A stretch of DNA of 48,419 nt. It comes from a virus. Its lineage: Duplodnaviria; Caudoviricetes. A program made the position numbers and the translations under genes. Below the pieces are notes generated by a model. That model saw only the letters and a list, made by a program, of their open reading frames with translations, did not search any database and was not told the origin of the DNA. This document shows positions 27,701-36,318 of the stretch, piece by piece; within the stretch, counting starts at the first letter, position 1, and every line of letters starts with the position of its first letter. The DNA is taken from positions 1 to 48,419 of IMG/VR virus record IMGVR_UViG_3300048762_000430; one strand, written 5' to 3'.

Positions 27701-28399
27701 AGTCGTGTTTACGGCTCGCGAGGTCCTCACGGCCGTAGCGGGCAAGTCGGCGTCGGCGATCGCGCCAGCCGAGAGCACCCCCGCCGTGGCCTTCACATAA
27801 CCAGCCAGGCTACCCACCGTCAGGCCGGCGAAGACAGGACCGGCGCCGGTCCCGATGTCTTGCACGGTATCCAGTTGATTCGAGGCATTCACCCGCAGGT
27901 TGGCCGTGTACTGCAGGGACAGACTGCGGTTGACGGAGAGGTCCCCTCCCCCTGCCAAGGGCGCAGACGTAGCTATGGCGCGCGAAGTCCGCACGACCGT
28001 CGCCGGCAGGTCCGCGTCGGCAATCATGCCAGCGGAGAGCACCCCCGCCGTGGACTTGACGTAACCCGCCAGGCTGCCGACGGTCAGCCCGGCGAAAGTC
28101 GGCCGAGCCCCGGTCGCGATGTCCTGCACGGTGTCTAGCTGATTCGAGGCATTGACCCGCAGGTTGGCTCCATACTGCAAGGACAAGACCCGGTCGGCGG
28201 AGAGGTCCCCGCCTCCGGACAGAGGTGCGAGGGTTGAGACGAGCCTCGTGGGGGGCACCACAACCGGCAGGGCGGCCCAGGCGAAGGACGTTGCGCCCGT
28301 AGCCGTCAACACCTGCCCGGGCGTCAGGCCGGTGGCGGCATGGTCGTCCGTCGAGGTAATGGCGTGCTGCCGCTTGTGAGTCAGCCGAATCTCAGGCAT
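24758..28399 (-). CDS. Tail fibre protein (about 1213 aa), highly repetitive
   Basis: G/T/A-rich; seven APLxGGGxL..R.L repeats; His-rich HxxLxxIGxxTHAQID units; C-terminal GFY..APVTKP...LGLVTD. ATG 28399 overlaps the upstream stop. Confidence 0.85.
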   Translation of the reverse strand: MPEIRLTHKRQHAITSTDDHAATGLTPGQVLTATGATSFAWAALPVVVPPTRLVSTLAPLSGGGDLSADRVLSLQYGANLRVNASNQLDTVQDIATGARPTFAGLTVGSLAGYVKSTAGVLSAGMIADADLPATVVRTSRAIATSAPLAGGGDLSVNRSLSLQYTANLRVNASNQLDTVQDIGTGAGPVFAGLTVGSLAGYVKATAGVLSAGAIADADLPATAVRTSRAVNTTAPLAGGGALSADRTLSLSYTANLKVTNGNLDTAQGLQTSSSPQFAGLTVGTLSGVLKATAGAVVGSAVHADLGGIGANDHHNEQHVLAGADHTASGLTTGNALLATGATTFAWGQVDHLNLAHIGTNTHAQIDTALTRLANTSGTNTGDQIVPTGQAGAAHSFLTAYNAVTGAFSKAQPTWADVDKTTSSLADVATRSHTVLTDIGTDTHAQIDTALTRLATTSGSNTGDQTLAGLGGVPTNRLLSTTAPLAGGGDLSADRTLSLGYTANLKVTGGSLDTAQGLQTSSSPQFAGLTVGTLGGVLKATAGVLAGSAVHADLGGIGANDHHNQQHVLAGADHTASGLTTGNALLATGATTFAWGQVNHVNLANIGSNTHAQIDTALTRLAGTSGTNTGDQTLASLGAAPASRLLSTTAPLAGGGDLSANRSLSLQYAANLRVNVSNQLDTVQDIGTGASPTFAGLTLGALAGYVKATAGVLSAGTIADADLPTTLVRTSRTVSTTAPLAGGGALSANRTLALNYTANLRLNGTQLDTVQDIGTGASPVFAGMTLGALAGYVKAAAGVLSAGSIPDADLPTTILRTSRAVNTAAPLTGGGALAADLSLGLNLTANLKLTGGALDTVQPIGTSSLVQFGKLTLSGTLGGLVVNSGDVGSVLQAFLLGENTARFAVARDGALSWGAGATRDVNLYRGGAGLLKSDNALAAAALIAPSLAPAADATDAVQVLKADGLTPVVTVDTVNNWLGVNSGGPPAYPVDLRQTLTDPVGTFSLLRACQSATFAADGGPTFRAVNAQVVIDPGGFTLSSGANIAQSVYAVVQITGAGTITGLTVNSAVLSNLDTANVQAAYMYRAGTPVNSGGGTIGTWVGFYVANVTVATTAYGIQSMINAATGRWNLYISGTAINYLAGNLLLGTTTDGMTAGGSLAIAHDLAHRGTKVGFYNTAPVTKPAVTGSRGGNAALASLLTALAGLGLVTDSTSA
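25800..28250. repeat. Intragenic direct repeats of the tail fibre
   Basis: Units of about 260 bp (x7), plus a long near-identical duplication, e.g. CCTGCCCCCAGGCGAAAGTAGTAGCCCCGGTCGCAAGCAGTGCGTT at about 26611 and 27355. Confidence 0.85.
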
Positions 28400-30110
28400 G
28401 AGCAAATCCCCCGCTGGCCGCCCGCAACTCCACAAACTTCTGGTGCTGGCCGAACTCCAGCCCCACCCGGGCCGCCTCGGGCCAGTTCTCGTCGATCCTA
28501 TCCCCGCTCGCCAGCACCACGTTGTACTTGATCTTCCCGCCCACCAGAATCTTCTTCTCCGGGTAGTAACCCGAAGCTCGATAGTAGGCCGCGGAGGCCT
28601 CATCGGCCACTCCACCAAAGGACTGGTCCCGCAAGTGGAAGTCCGGATCCTCCGTGCGGCAGTCGGTCTCCAGCCGGTAGCTCTTAAGCTGTGGCCCGTA
28701 CCGGAGCAGCGCCACCGGATCCGCGATATACTTCCACTTCGACAACACGGCCTCGGTCATCCACCCACCGTACGGCGCCGGCTGCGTCGGGTAGACCGCC
28801 CCGGTATCGTTGTCCACTACCCACACGGCCTCCTCGACGTACGGGAAGTTCTTATGCCCGAAGGTCCCGGTGCGCCAGGATTCCGGCTTGAACTCGTCCA
28901 TCCAGCCGCTGTACGCCCGCGCTCCCAGCACCACATCCGAGTAAGGCAGCCCGACTACCGGCATCGTCCCCCAGGTGGGATCCGTGATGAACAGGTTTCC
29001 CCCCAGCCCCTGGTCGCCGATAGCTACGCTCCAGAAGCCGCTGCCGTTCGTTGTCGCGGCTATCCCGATGATCCGCGCGCTGTCCATACTGATGATGGTG
29101 ATCTGCACCCCGGCGGCCGGCACCCCCGGCGAGGTAAACACCCGCCCGCAGGCCACGCTCCCGTCCCCCGGGTACTGCTCTAGCGTCCCCAGGTCCACGT
29201 TGGTCGTCTGGCCCTCGTGTACCGGCACCCGCGCCCGCTGCCCGCCGTAGCTCGGGTCCCACTGCTCGCCGTACGCCCGCTTGAGCTGCACCAGGCTAAC
29301 CCACCCCTCCGGCAGGCTTCCCACCTCCAGTACCCCACCGGCGGGTACGGTATACAGCTGCCCGGCGTCCTCCATATTTCCCACGGACACCGTCGCCCCG
29401 GGTGTCGCGGTGATCTGTACCTGCGCGCTATCCAGGTTCAAGAGCGCCGTTTGCCCTTCCACCACCGGCATCTGCCGCCCGTGGTAAGCCACGCACACCT
29501 GCTGCGCATACCGCGGCAAGCTCTGCTCCGCCGTCTCCGAGGTGTCGTCCCGCCGGTCGCTTTGCCGCTGGTAGGGCGCGCCGTGGCCCTTCGGCACAAG
29601 ATACTCCCAGCGGCCGTTAGCATCGGTTACCACCGGGGCTGTCACCAGCGAGCCGGTTACGTAGGTCTGTAGCGAGTCTGACCAGACCAGGGGGTTGTAC
29701 TCCTCGCTGTCCCAGAACCGCACCTCCCCGTCCTCGGCCGTCTGCAGCGTGACCTCGAAGCTCACCGGCGCGGCCGCCACCGGCACACCCTGTCGCTGGA
29801 TGATTCCAGTGAGGCGATAACCCATGATGAAGGTCTCGGTGCAGGGCGCTTCCCCAAACTGCGCCGGCTGGATCCGCCGCCCCCAGTACGGGTCATCCAC
29901 CATCACCGCATAGAGCCCGGTGCCCTGCTCCTGCACCAGGCACACCTGTACCCCGTCCAGGTTCACGTCAGGGTTGCGCGCCTGATAGACGTATCCGGTG
30001 ACCACGCCAGAGCTGGTGGAGAACTGCGCCTGGCCGTTGGCACTGGTGGTTTGGGCTACGACGGTTCCCGACGCCTGTCCCAGTTGAATGACCTCGCCGA
30101 CTTCAGCCAT
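28392..30110 (-). CDS. Putative tail protein with repeated beta-sandwich (T-D/N-x-x-G-x-aromatic) modules
   Basis: TTSANGQAQF, VTDANGRWEY, TTNGSGFWSV; directly follows the tape measure gene. Confidence 0.6.
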   Translation of the reverse strand: MAEVGEVIQLGQASGTVVAQTTSANGQAQFSTSSGVVTGYVYQARNPDVNLDGVQVCLVQEQGTGLYAVMVDDPYWGRRIQPAQFGEAPCTETFIMGYRLTGIIQRQGVPVAAAPVSFEVTLQTAEDGEVRFWDSEEYNPLVWSDSLQTYVTGSLVTAPVVTDANGRWEYLVPKGHGAPYQRQSDRRDDTSETAEQSLPRYAQQVCVAYHGRQMPVVEGQTALLNLDSAQVQITATPGATVSVGNMEDAGQLYTVPAGGVLEVGSLPEGWVSLVQLKRAYGEQWDPSYGGQRARVPVHEGQTTNVDLGTLEQYPGDGSVACGRVFTSPGVPAAGVQITIISMDSARIIGIAATTNGSGFWSVAIGDQGLGGNLFITDPTWGTMPVVGLPYSDVVLGARAYSGWMDEFKPESWRTGTFGHKNFPYVEEAVWVVDNDTGAVYPTQPAPYGGWMTEAVLSKWKYIADPVALLRYGPQLKSYRLETDCRTEDPDFHLRDQSFGGVADEASAAYYRASGYYPEKKILVGGKIKYNVVLASGDRIDENWPEAARVGLEFGQHQKFVELRAASGGFAHA

Positions 30111-30115
30111 TGATG

Positions 30116-33100
30116 CTAACCTCGATACAGCCCTCGCGCCTCGTCCAGGTCCCGCTGCTGCACGTCCATCGTGTGTTCGGTGATGAATTCTGGGGAAGGC
30201 TTGACGGTCACGTTCACGGCCACGTCCACGGCCTGTTTGGCCTTGGAGACCAGCGGCACGAACTGGGCCAAACCGCGACCCGGCATGGTGGCCGGCATCT
30301 GCCCTCCACCCGCCGTGGCCAACGCCGGCACAAAGTAACCATTCGCGGTCTTGATCGGCGTCGTAGCGACCCCCATCGGCAGCGTCGGGTAGTTGCCGAA
30401 CTGGTCCATGCCCGCCCGTATTTCAGCGTCCGACCGAATGCGCCCAGGAGACAACCAGGTAGCTACACCGCCCGTCTCCGAGGCATTCATGGAACCGGTC
30501 GCCACAGGATGCGCCCGCATGGCTGCAGCCCAGGCATCGTGAGCCTGCATGGTCGCCGGCATCGTCTGCGTGCCGGTCAGGGGCACCGACCGTACCGCCT
30601 TCGCCTGCGCCCACTGGCCGTTCAAAGCAGACACAGCCGCCCCAGGCATCGTCTGTACCTTCAAGATTGCCTCGTTCATCGAGGCAGCCTGACCGTTGTG
30701 GAGCATCTGACTAACCGCGGCCTTCTGCTCCGGGGTCAGCCGGTCATACTGCTGCCCGGCCCAATTCTGACGCCGATTCGCCATCCAGGAGGAACCCAGG
30801 TCCCACAGGCTCTTCCCTTCCATACCGATCTTCGTTACCGTGCTGGCGCCCCCGGCAATGATCGCCCCCGGCACTCCACCAGAAGCAAAGCCTCCGCCAA
30901 ACGCCTTAGCTGAGTCATAGAGGGACCAGCCCATCTGCGCATACCAGGGCTGCCCCTGCCGGTTGTGCCAGGTGTGAAGCGCGTCGCTCACCCCAAAACC
31001 GGCGGAGGTGGCCACCCCTAGCGGACCCAGCACGCGACTGGCCCCCCTACTGAGAGCCGACAAACCCTTGAACCGCGCGAGCCAGCTCCCGGCGCGAGCC
31101 AGCCAGCCGACCGTCTGAGCCGCCCGCCCTCCGTCAGCTACCACTTCCGCGGCCTCTCCCGCGGACTGAGCGGCGCGGGCCCGGCGCCACGCCTCCGCCG
31201 CCTCTACGGCCCGGCGCCCATAGTTGGTCTCGGGATTGACACCCCCGCTCCAGAAGCGCCCCAAACCGCCGCCACGCACCCAGGAGTAAGCCGAGGACAC
31301 GCCCCCGCGCACCGCTCCCCAGGCACCCCGCAGGCCTCCCAAGACCCGCGTGCCCAGGCCTTCCGCCTCGGCGCCCTCCCCGGCCGTTTCTGCTGCGGTG
31401 GAGCCGTTCCCGAACCATAGGGTCCACGCCGCCCGGCCCCAGTTCCAGACCCGGCCGGGGAGCTGCTTGACCGCGTACGGTACCTTGCGAATCTGCCGCC
31501 AGAGCCCGTAAAGGCCCGCGGCCTCGAGCCCCGTGGTGAAGTTGTCTCCCAGGTGCTTCCGAGTCCACGCCTCGGCACCCGTGGCCCGGTCTGCCACCCA
31601 CCGAAAGGCCCGCGTAGTCCAGGGCACAGCATGATGCGGCGTCGGCCCCGGCACAGCCGGCGGAGCATAGCCGCCGAACCGCCCGGGAGGATTACCAGCC
31701 GAGGCCGCCGGAGGCGTCATGGTCGGATAGGGAGTAGCCGCTGCCGGCGCACCCACCGACGAACCGTTAGACGGCGCCCCTCCCGGAGGCAGAGTGAAGG
31801 GTGCCGTGGGCGCCCCCGCCCCGGACGAAGTCTCAGTATCGGCGCTTGTGTCACCGGTCCCCGCTCCGGAGGTATCACTCCCGGAAGCGTCCGCGGGAGG
31901 CCCGAAGGTCACACCAAAGGGATGCCCGGTGTAGGACTTGCGGCCGACTTCTCCGCGCAGGTAGTTGCGCTGCGTATCCCGGATCTGACCGAGAATGTCG
32001 CGAATACTGCTGCCGCTGGACTGCACCGCGTCAGCCGTCTTGTCGCCGGACTGATCTACCTGGTCTCCCAGCTCCGAGAAGCCTTCCTCGTCGGTAGCCT
32101 TGAGGCCATCCAAGCCCTTACTGACGTCGTTCTGCGGATTGGCCGACAGCTTCTTCAGTTCGAGGTCGTACGACCCCGGCGGCATCTTGCCTTCCCGATA
32201 GGCATCAGCGGCCGGCGACAAACCCGGTGCTACCGTGCGCAAGTACTCGTCCGCGCTCCTGGCGCCCTGCGCCTGCTCCGCCCGGTCTGCCAACTGCCCC
32301 AGCCAATCCTGTACCCGATCGATCGGGGACGGCCCGCCATTGGGCCCCGGACCCAGGTACTTGTCCTCCAGCTTCTGAACCGTCTCTATACCGGCGTTGA
32401 TGGTATCGGCGGTTCCCGGCCGCACCTTCCCCACCATCTCGCCCACTCGTGCCAGGAGCGCCACCAGGTGCCCCATGCCCTCGACCAGGTCCACCATGAA
32501 GGTGATCGCCACCCCGAAGGCCGCGGTCATGGCCTGCGCCAGCCGCAGGCCCAGGGGGAAGGTCTGCTGGAACCAGGTGCGGATGCTGCTGAGCAGGCCG
32601 GGAATCCCGCCCAGCTTCTCGTACCACTTCCCGAGCGCAGTCGCCCCCATGGTTCCCAGGCGGATCAGGCCCGAGGCGATCCCTGGCACCCGCTCCGTCA
32701 ACCAGGCAACTGGTCCCCGCAGCCACGCCACGCTCTGGGTGATCTCGGCGGCCCACTTGTCGAAGGTGCCGTCGTTCCTCATCTGGAGGAACTTCTGGCG
32801 CAAGGTGCCCAGGCCGGCCAGCAGAGGATTGAGGAAGCCCTGGTTCTGCAGCCCCAGCGTGAACCGGGCCCAGGAGTCCTTCATATCCTCGATCATGGCG
32901 CCCCAGGTATAGCTGAGCTTCTCCGCGGCGCCCCCGACGCGCCCCTCGATCATCGAGACAATGGCGTTCAGGTTCTTCAGCCGGTCCTCCGGCGTGGTGT
33001 ACCGGAGCCGCTCCCCCGTCGCTCCCGGCACGGCGCCGTACTGCACCGCCATCGACGGCCGGAAACCCAACTGGATGAGCCGGCGGAAGTTACCCGTCGA

Positions 33101-34414
33101 GCCCAACATAATCCCCGCTACCATGTCCTGCACGGGCCGCTGGAAAGCCGCCGCCAGGTCCTCCGCTGCCCGCATGACCCGCCCGAAGGCTCCGCTCGGG
33201 AACTTGTCGATGCCCAGGGCCATGGCCCGGATCATGGCCTCGGAAAGCTGCGTCCACTCCAAGGGTTTCCCTAAGGCCTCGTCAATCGCCCACTGGATGG
33301 CCCGGGAGGTCGAGGGCCCGAAGAAGACCCGCATCCGGCCCTCCAGGTTCTGAATCTGGATCACCGAAGTGAGGAAGGCCTGGCCGAACCGGACCGCCTC
33401 CTGGGCCAGCCGCCCCAGCATCTTCTCGACCCAGGAGAGGGCCTCCATGAAGGGCTTGGTCACCATGGACAGCGACCAGAAGGCCGCCATGAACATCACA
33501 TACCAGCGGAACATGCGGTTGGTGACCTGGGCGAAGCGCTGCTGGAACCGGCTGAACTCCTGGCCGGGAGCCGCCTGCTTCTCTGCCTCCGCCCGGGCCG
33601 CTTCGCGGTCGCGGCGCGCGTTCTCCGCCAAGGCCTCCCGGTGGATGCGGTCCAGGTACTGCTGCCGTTGCCGCGCCCAGAAGTTCCGCGTATTGATGAT
33701 CTTCTGCTGGCGTCGCTCCTCTTCCCGCAGCTCCTGGTCGGCCTGCCGCGCGGTCTCGCGGTCCCGGCGCCCATTCTCCCGGAGCGCCTGGCTGTGAATC
33801 TGATCCAGATACCGCGCCTGCTGCCGAGCCCAGTACAGCTTCGTGTTCAGCAGGTTCCGGGCGTTTTTCTCTTCGGTCTGCGCCTCCGCGGAAGCCAACC
33901 GATTGCGCCGAGCCAACTCGGAGGAGATCGCGGAGATCTGGGCACGTTCGGCGGAGGCCCGCGCCCGCTCCAGACGGATTTGCGCCGCCAGCGCCTGGCG
34001 CGCCCCGGCCTCCTGGGCGCCGGCCGCCTGCTCCACCAGGTTTTTCAAGGTGCCCTGGGTTGTCCCCAGCCGCTTCTGCGCCGCCTCCAGCCGCTCGGTC
34101 AGGCGGGTGCTGTTCTGCAGGGCGTTGATTTGCTTACTGAAAGCCGTGCGAAACTGGTCGGCCTGATTCCGAAACGCCTGCGTCTGGCGCGCCAGCTTGC
34201 CCAGCGACTGGGCGTATTCGTCCGTCTCTTTCTTGGCCTGTGCGGTCCCTGCCCCGGAGCCAGCCGGCTTCGGCGCCCGCGGGGCCGGAGCACCCGAGGC
34301 CCCCTTGCCCTGGACCTCCTCCTGGACCTCGCGCACCGCCTTCTGCACCGAAGGCCGATCGACGGAGGCCCCGATGACAATGCCCAGCCGAGTTAGCGCG
34401 TCAAAATCGCCCAT
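30116..34414 (-). CDS. Tail tape measure protein (1432 aa)
   Basis: Long Ala-rich helical N-half, hydrophobic segment, tape-measure-like core (LAAAFQRP...GGAAEKLSYTWG..IEDMKDSW); downstream of the tail chaperone. Confidence 0.88.
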   Translation of the reverse strand: MGDFDALTRLGIVIGASVDRPSVQKAVREVQEEVQGKGASGAPAPRAPKPAGSGAGTAQAKKETDEYAQSLGKLARQTQAFRNQADQFRTAFSKQINALQNSTRLTERLEAAQKRLGTTQGTLKNLVEQAAGAQEAGARQALAAQIRLERARASAERAQISAISSELARRNRLASAEAQTEEKNARNLLNTKLYWARQQARYLDQIHSQALRENGRRDRETARQADQELREEERRQQKIINTRNFWARQRQQYLDRIHREALAENARRDREAARAEAEKQAAPGQEFSRFQQRFAQVTNRMFRWYVMFMAAFWSLSMVTKPFMEALSWVEKMLGRLAQEAVRFGQAFLTSVIQIQNLEGRMRVFFGPSTSRAIQWAIDEALGKPLEWTQLSEAMIRAMALGIDKFPSGAFGRVMRAAEDLAAAFQRPVQDMVAGIMLGSTGNFRRLIQLGFRPSMAVQYGAVPGATGERLRYTTPEDRLKNLNAIVSMIEGRVGGAAEKLSYTWGAMIEDMKDSWARFTLGLQNQGFLNPLLAGLGTLRQKFLQMRNDGTFDKWAAEITQSVAWLRGPVAWLTERVPGIASGLIRLGTMGATALGKWYEKLGGIPGLLSSIRTWFQQTFPLGLRLAQAMTAAFGVAITFMVDLVEGMGHLVALLARVGEMVGKVRPGTADTINAGIETVQKLEDKYLGPGPNGGPSPIDRVQDWLGQLADRAEQAQGARSADEYLRTVAPGLSPAADAYREGKMPPGSYDLELKKLSANPQNDVSKGLDGLKATDEEGFSELGDQVDQSGDKTADAVQSSGSSIRDILGQIRDTQRNYLRGEVGRKSYTGHPFGVTFGPPADASGSDTSGAGTGDTSADTETSSGAGAPTAPFTLPPGGAPSNGSSVGAPAAATPYPTMTPPAASAGNPPGRFGGYAPPAVPGPTPHHAVPWTTRAFRWVADRATGAEAWTRKHLGDNFTTGLEAAGLYGLWRQIRKVPYAVKQLPGRVWNWGRAAWTLWFGNGSTAAETAGEGAEAEGLGTRVLGGLRGAWGAVRGGVSSAYSWVRGGGLGRFWSGGVNPETNYGRRAVEAAEAWRRARAAQSAGEAAEVVADGGRAAQTVGWLARAGSWLARFKGLSALSRGASRVLGPLGVATSAGFGVSDALHTWHNRQGQPWYAQMGWSLYDSAKAFGGGFASGGVPGAIIAGGASTVTKIGMEGKSLWDLGSSWMANRRQNWAGQQYDRLTPEQKAAVSQMLHNGQAASMNEAILKVQTMPGAAVSALNGQWAQAKAVRSVPLTGTQTMPATMQAHDAWAAAMRAHPVATGSMNASETGGVATWLSPGRIRSDAEIRAGMDQFGNYPTLPMGVATTPIKTANGYFVPALATAGGGQMPATMPGRGLAQFVPLVSKAKQAVDVAVNVTVKPSPEFITEHTMDVQQRDLDEARGLYRG

Positions 34415-34417
34415 GAA

Positions 34418-35038
34418 CTACCGCCAGATACGCTGCAGGTGCTTGCGCAGGTAGGTGGAGAGTAGATCGGTGGTAATAGCGGCGCCGGCGCCGGTGATGG
34501 TCTCTGCCAGGAAGGGCCGAGCGGTGAGGGCGGGATCGACGTCCAGGAAGGGCCGAATCCGGTCCTGCGGAGCCGCCTGCCGGTTCTGCTCGCGCAGTTC
34601 GTCCCGGGTCTCGGGAACGTCGCCAGCGATCTGGCTGTAGTAGCGCCGCAGCTTGGCGCGCGCCAGCGAGCCGGCCCCGCCGTCAGGAGCGTAAATCCAG
34701 ACCCGATGCGCCCGGGCGCCGTCATGCTTCGCCAGGGGGTAAGAGAACGGGTCGGGACCATCCGGGGAGGGGTCGCCTTCCGTATAGGTGAAAAGGCGAC
34801 CGGACTCCCCGATCAGCAAGGTAGCCCAGTCGCCTCTGATGTGCGGGCTTTCCCACACGCCTACGTCCCGCGCCAGCGTGCCCTCGAAGAAGGGCGCGTC
34901 GTGCTTCGCGCGTGGCACGACGTACGATTCGGCTACGTCAACCAGGCCCTCCGCCAGCAGTCCGAGGAGCTGATCGCAAAACTGATCGGCCAGGTGATCC
35001 AGCTTCTCCAGACTGCGCTCGTCCCATCTGACCTGCAC
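34418..35038 (-). CDS. HK97 gp10-like tail completion protein
   Basis: AK..AP..EGTLARD and C-terminal ARPFL. Confidence 0.6.
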   Translation of the reverse strand: MQVRWDERSLEKLDHLADQFCDQLLGLLAEGLVDVAESYVVPRAKHDAPFFEGTLARDVGVWESPHIRGDWATLLIGESGRLFTYTEGDPSPDGPDPFSYPLAKHDGARAHRVWIYAPDGGAGSLARAKLRRYYSQIAGDVPETRDELREQNRQAAPQDRIRPFLDVDPALTARPFLAETITGAGAAITTDLLSTYLRKHLQRIWR

Positions 35039-35473
35039 CTATCTCCTCTCCTGGGCCCGGCCCTCGGCTTGCCCGGCCCACAACTGCTTCCAAAGCTCCC
35101 ACTTCCACCAGGGCTGCCGGTTCCACGGCAGGTTATTCGGCCAGCAGTGGTACTCGGCGCCGACGATCGCCTCTTCCTGGCGCCGCGCGAGGAACTTGGC
35201 GACGACCACATCGGCATAGGTAGCCTCTTCCGGCCTCTCGCCGTAGGCTTGCGCCTCGCCGATAGCCTCTAGGTAGGCGGTGTACTTCGCCTGATCTACA
35301 TTCCCGTCAGCGTCCCGAAACCGGGGGTCCAGCTCGCTCAGCGCTTCGCCCGCCGCCTTGGGAACCGGCGATATCGCCGGCTCCCCCCGGTCCCGGTAGT
35401 AGGCTACAGTGAGGAGGAGGTCTCCTCCCCCGGCTCGCTCGGATTCGACGCCGACGTGGTAGGTGAGTTTCCC
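35039..35473 (-). CDS. -1 frame extension of the tail assembly chaperone (gpGT-like, fused product about 303 aa)
   Basis: Open -1 frame entered at the slippery site, reading GKLTYHVGVE...; ends abutting the next gene. Confidence 0.75.
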   Translation of the reverse strand, partial: GKLTYHVGVESERAGGGDLLLTVAYYRDRGEPAISPVPKAAGEALSELDPRFRDADGNVDQAKYTAYLEAIGEAQAYGERPEEATYADVVVAKFLARRQEEAIVGAEYHCWPNNLPWNRQPWWKWELWKQLWAGQAEGRAQERR

Positions 35474-35949
35474 AGTTCGTCCACCGCGGCGTCGATGCCC
35501 ATGTAGAAGTCCATGGCCATCGAGATGATGATCTGCATCAAGGGCCACGGGAGGCCCACCGCGTCGCCCTGCTTATCCGGCCGCACCAGGGCCTTCTGCT
35601 CGGCCTCCTTGCGGGGCCAGGCCAGATCACCCAGCTCATCGTCGTCCTTGATCCGGGGGAAATTGGCGCCCCGGATCAGCTTGTGCTCGATGAGCAGGTC
35701 CATGACGGCCACCGACCCATACTGGCGCTCAATGTCGCCGCCCCGCTTCACCTTGTCCTTGTACCACGCACCCTCCAGGGCGTCGCGCTGGGCCGCGTCC
35801 GCGTCCCGGAACTGCACCCAGAACCGCCCGTCCATGCTCACGTCCTCCCCGCCCGGCGCCCGCAGGTGCAGCTCTTCGGAGTGGCCGGACATGGACCGGC
35901 AGGCCAGCATCTTTACCACGTCCACAAGTTCCTCATCAGGTATCGCCAT
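35404..35949 (-). CDS. Tail assembly chaperone (gpG-like)
   Basis: Lies between tail tube and tape measure; ends ...DELGN at the slippery heptamer; GGAGG upstream. Confidence 0.78.
   Translation of the reverse strand: MAIPDEELVDVVKMLACRSMSGHSEELHLRAPGGEDVSMDGRFWVQFRDADAAQRDALEGAWYKDKVKRGGDIERQYGSVAVMDLLIEHKLIRGANFPRIKDDDELGDLAWPRKEAEQKALVRPDKQGDAVGLPWPLMQIIISMAMDFYMGIDAAVDELGNSPTTSASNPSEPGEETSSSL
35467..35473 (-). promoter_or_regulatory. Programmed -1 frameshift heptamer G GGA AAC
   Basis: X XXY YYZ in the correct codon phase (CTG GGA AAC) near the chaperone 3' end. Confidence 0.82.
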
Positions 35950-35965
35950 CGCTGTGTTACCTCCG

Positions 35966-36268
35966 TTAGCGGGGCTGCCGGCCGCGGATCGCCTGGATCG
36001 CCGGCACCACCATCGTCGACTTCTTCATGTCAAAGAGACGCGAGCCCACGTTCAGGCCGTCCGGTTCCGCCTCGTGGCGCCGGGCCAGGTCCGCCAGGTG
36101 ACTGGGCGTCGGGTGCCCCAGGGTGAACATGCACAGGGGGCGTCCCGTCCGGTCCAGCCCGCATTGCTCCGTGCCCAGCAGCACCACATCCGGGTGGCAC
36201 AGCAGGGCCGTCACCAGGGTCATGTCTCGCGTCTCGAAGGTCTCCAATACCGCTTGATTCTTGCTCAT
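35966..36268 (-). CDS. Hypothetical protein (DUF5659-like)
   Basis: FETRDMTLVTALL...CMFTL pattern recalled from small phage proteins; not verified. Confidence 0.5.
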   Translation of the reverse strand: MSKNQAVLETFETRDMTLVTALLCHPDVVLLGTEQCGLDRTGRPLCMFTLGHPTPSHLADLARRHEAEPDGLNVGSRLFDMKKSTMVVPAIQAIRGRQPR

Positions 36269-36318
36269 ATCACCCTCTCGTTAGTGTATTCAGGCTACCA
36301 GCTCAGGTCGCAGGCCGG

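Noticed and set aside
25800-28250. Fibre repeats as a CRISPR array or DGR template/variable pair
   Set aside because: In-frame coding repeats with no spacers, no evident adenine-specific mismatch pattern and no reverse transcriptase in the window.
6393-33274. Other long plus-strand ORFs (e.g. 6393-8084, 19302-20870, 31553-33274)
   Set aside because: All overlap well-supported minus-strand genes and have Arg/Pro/Gly-rich shadow composition.
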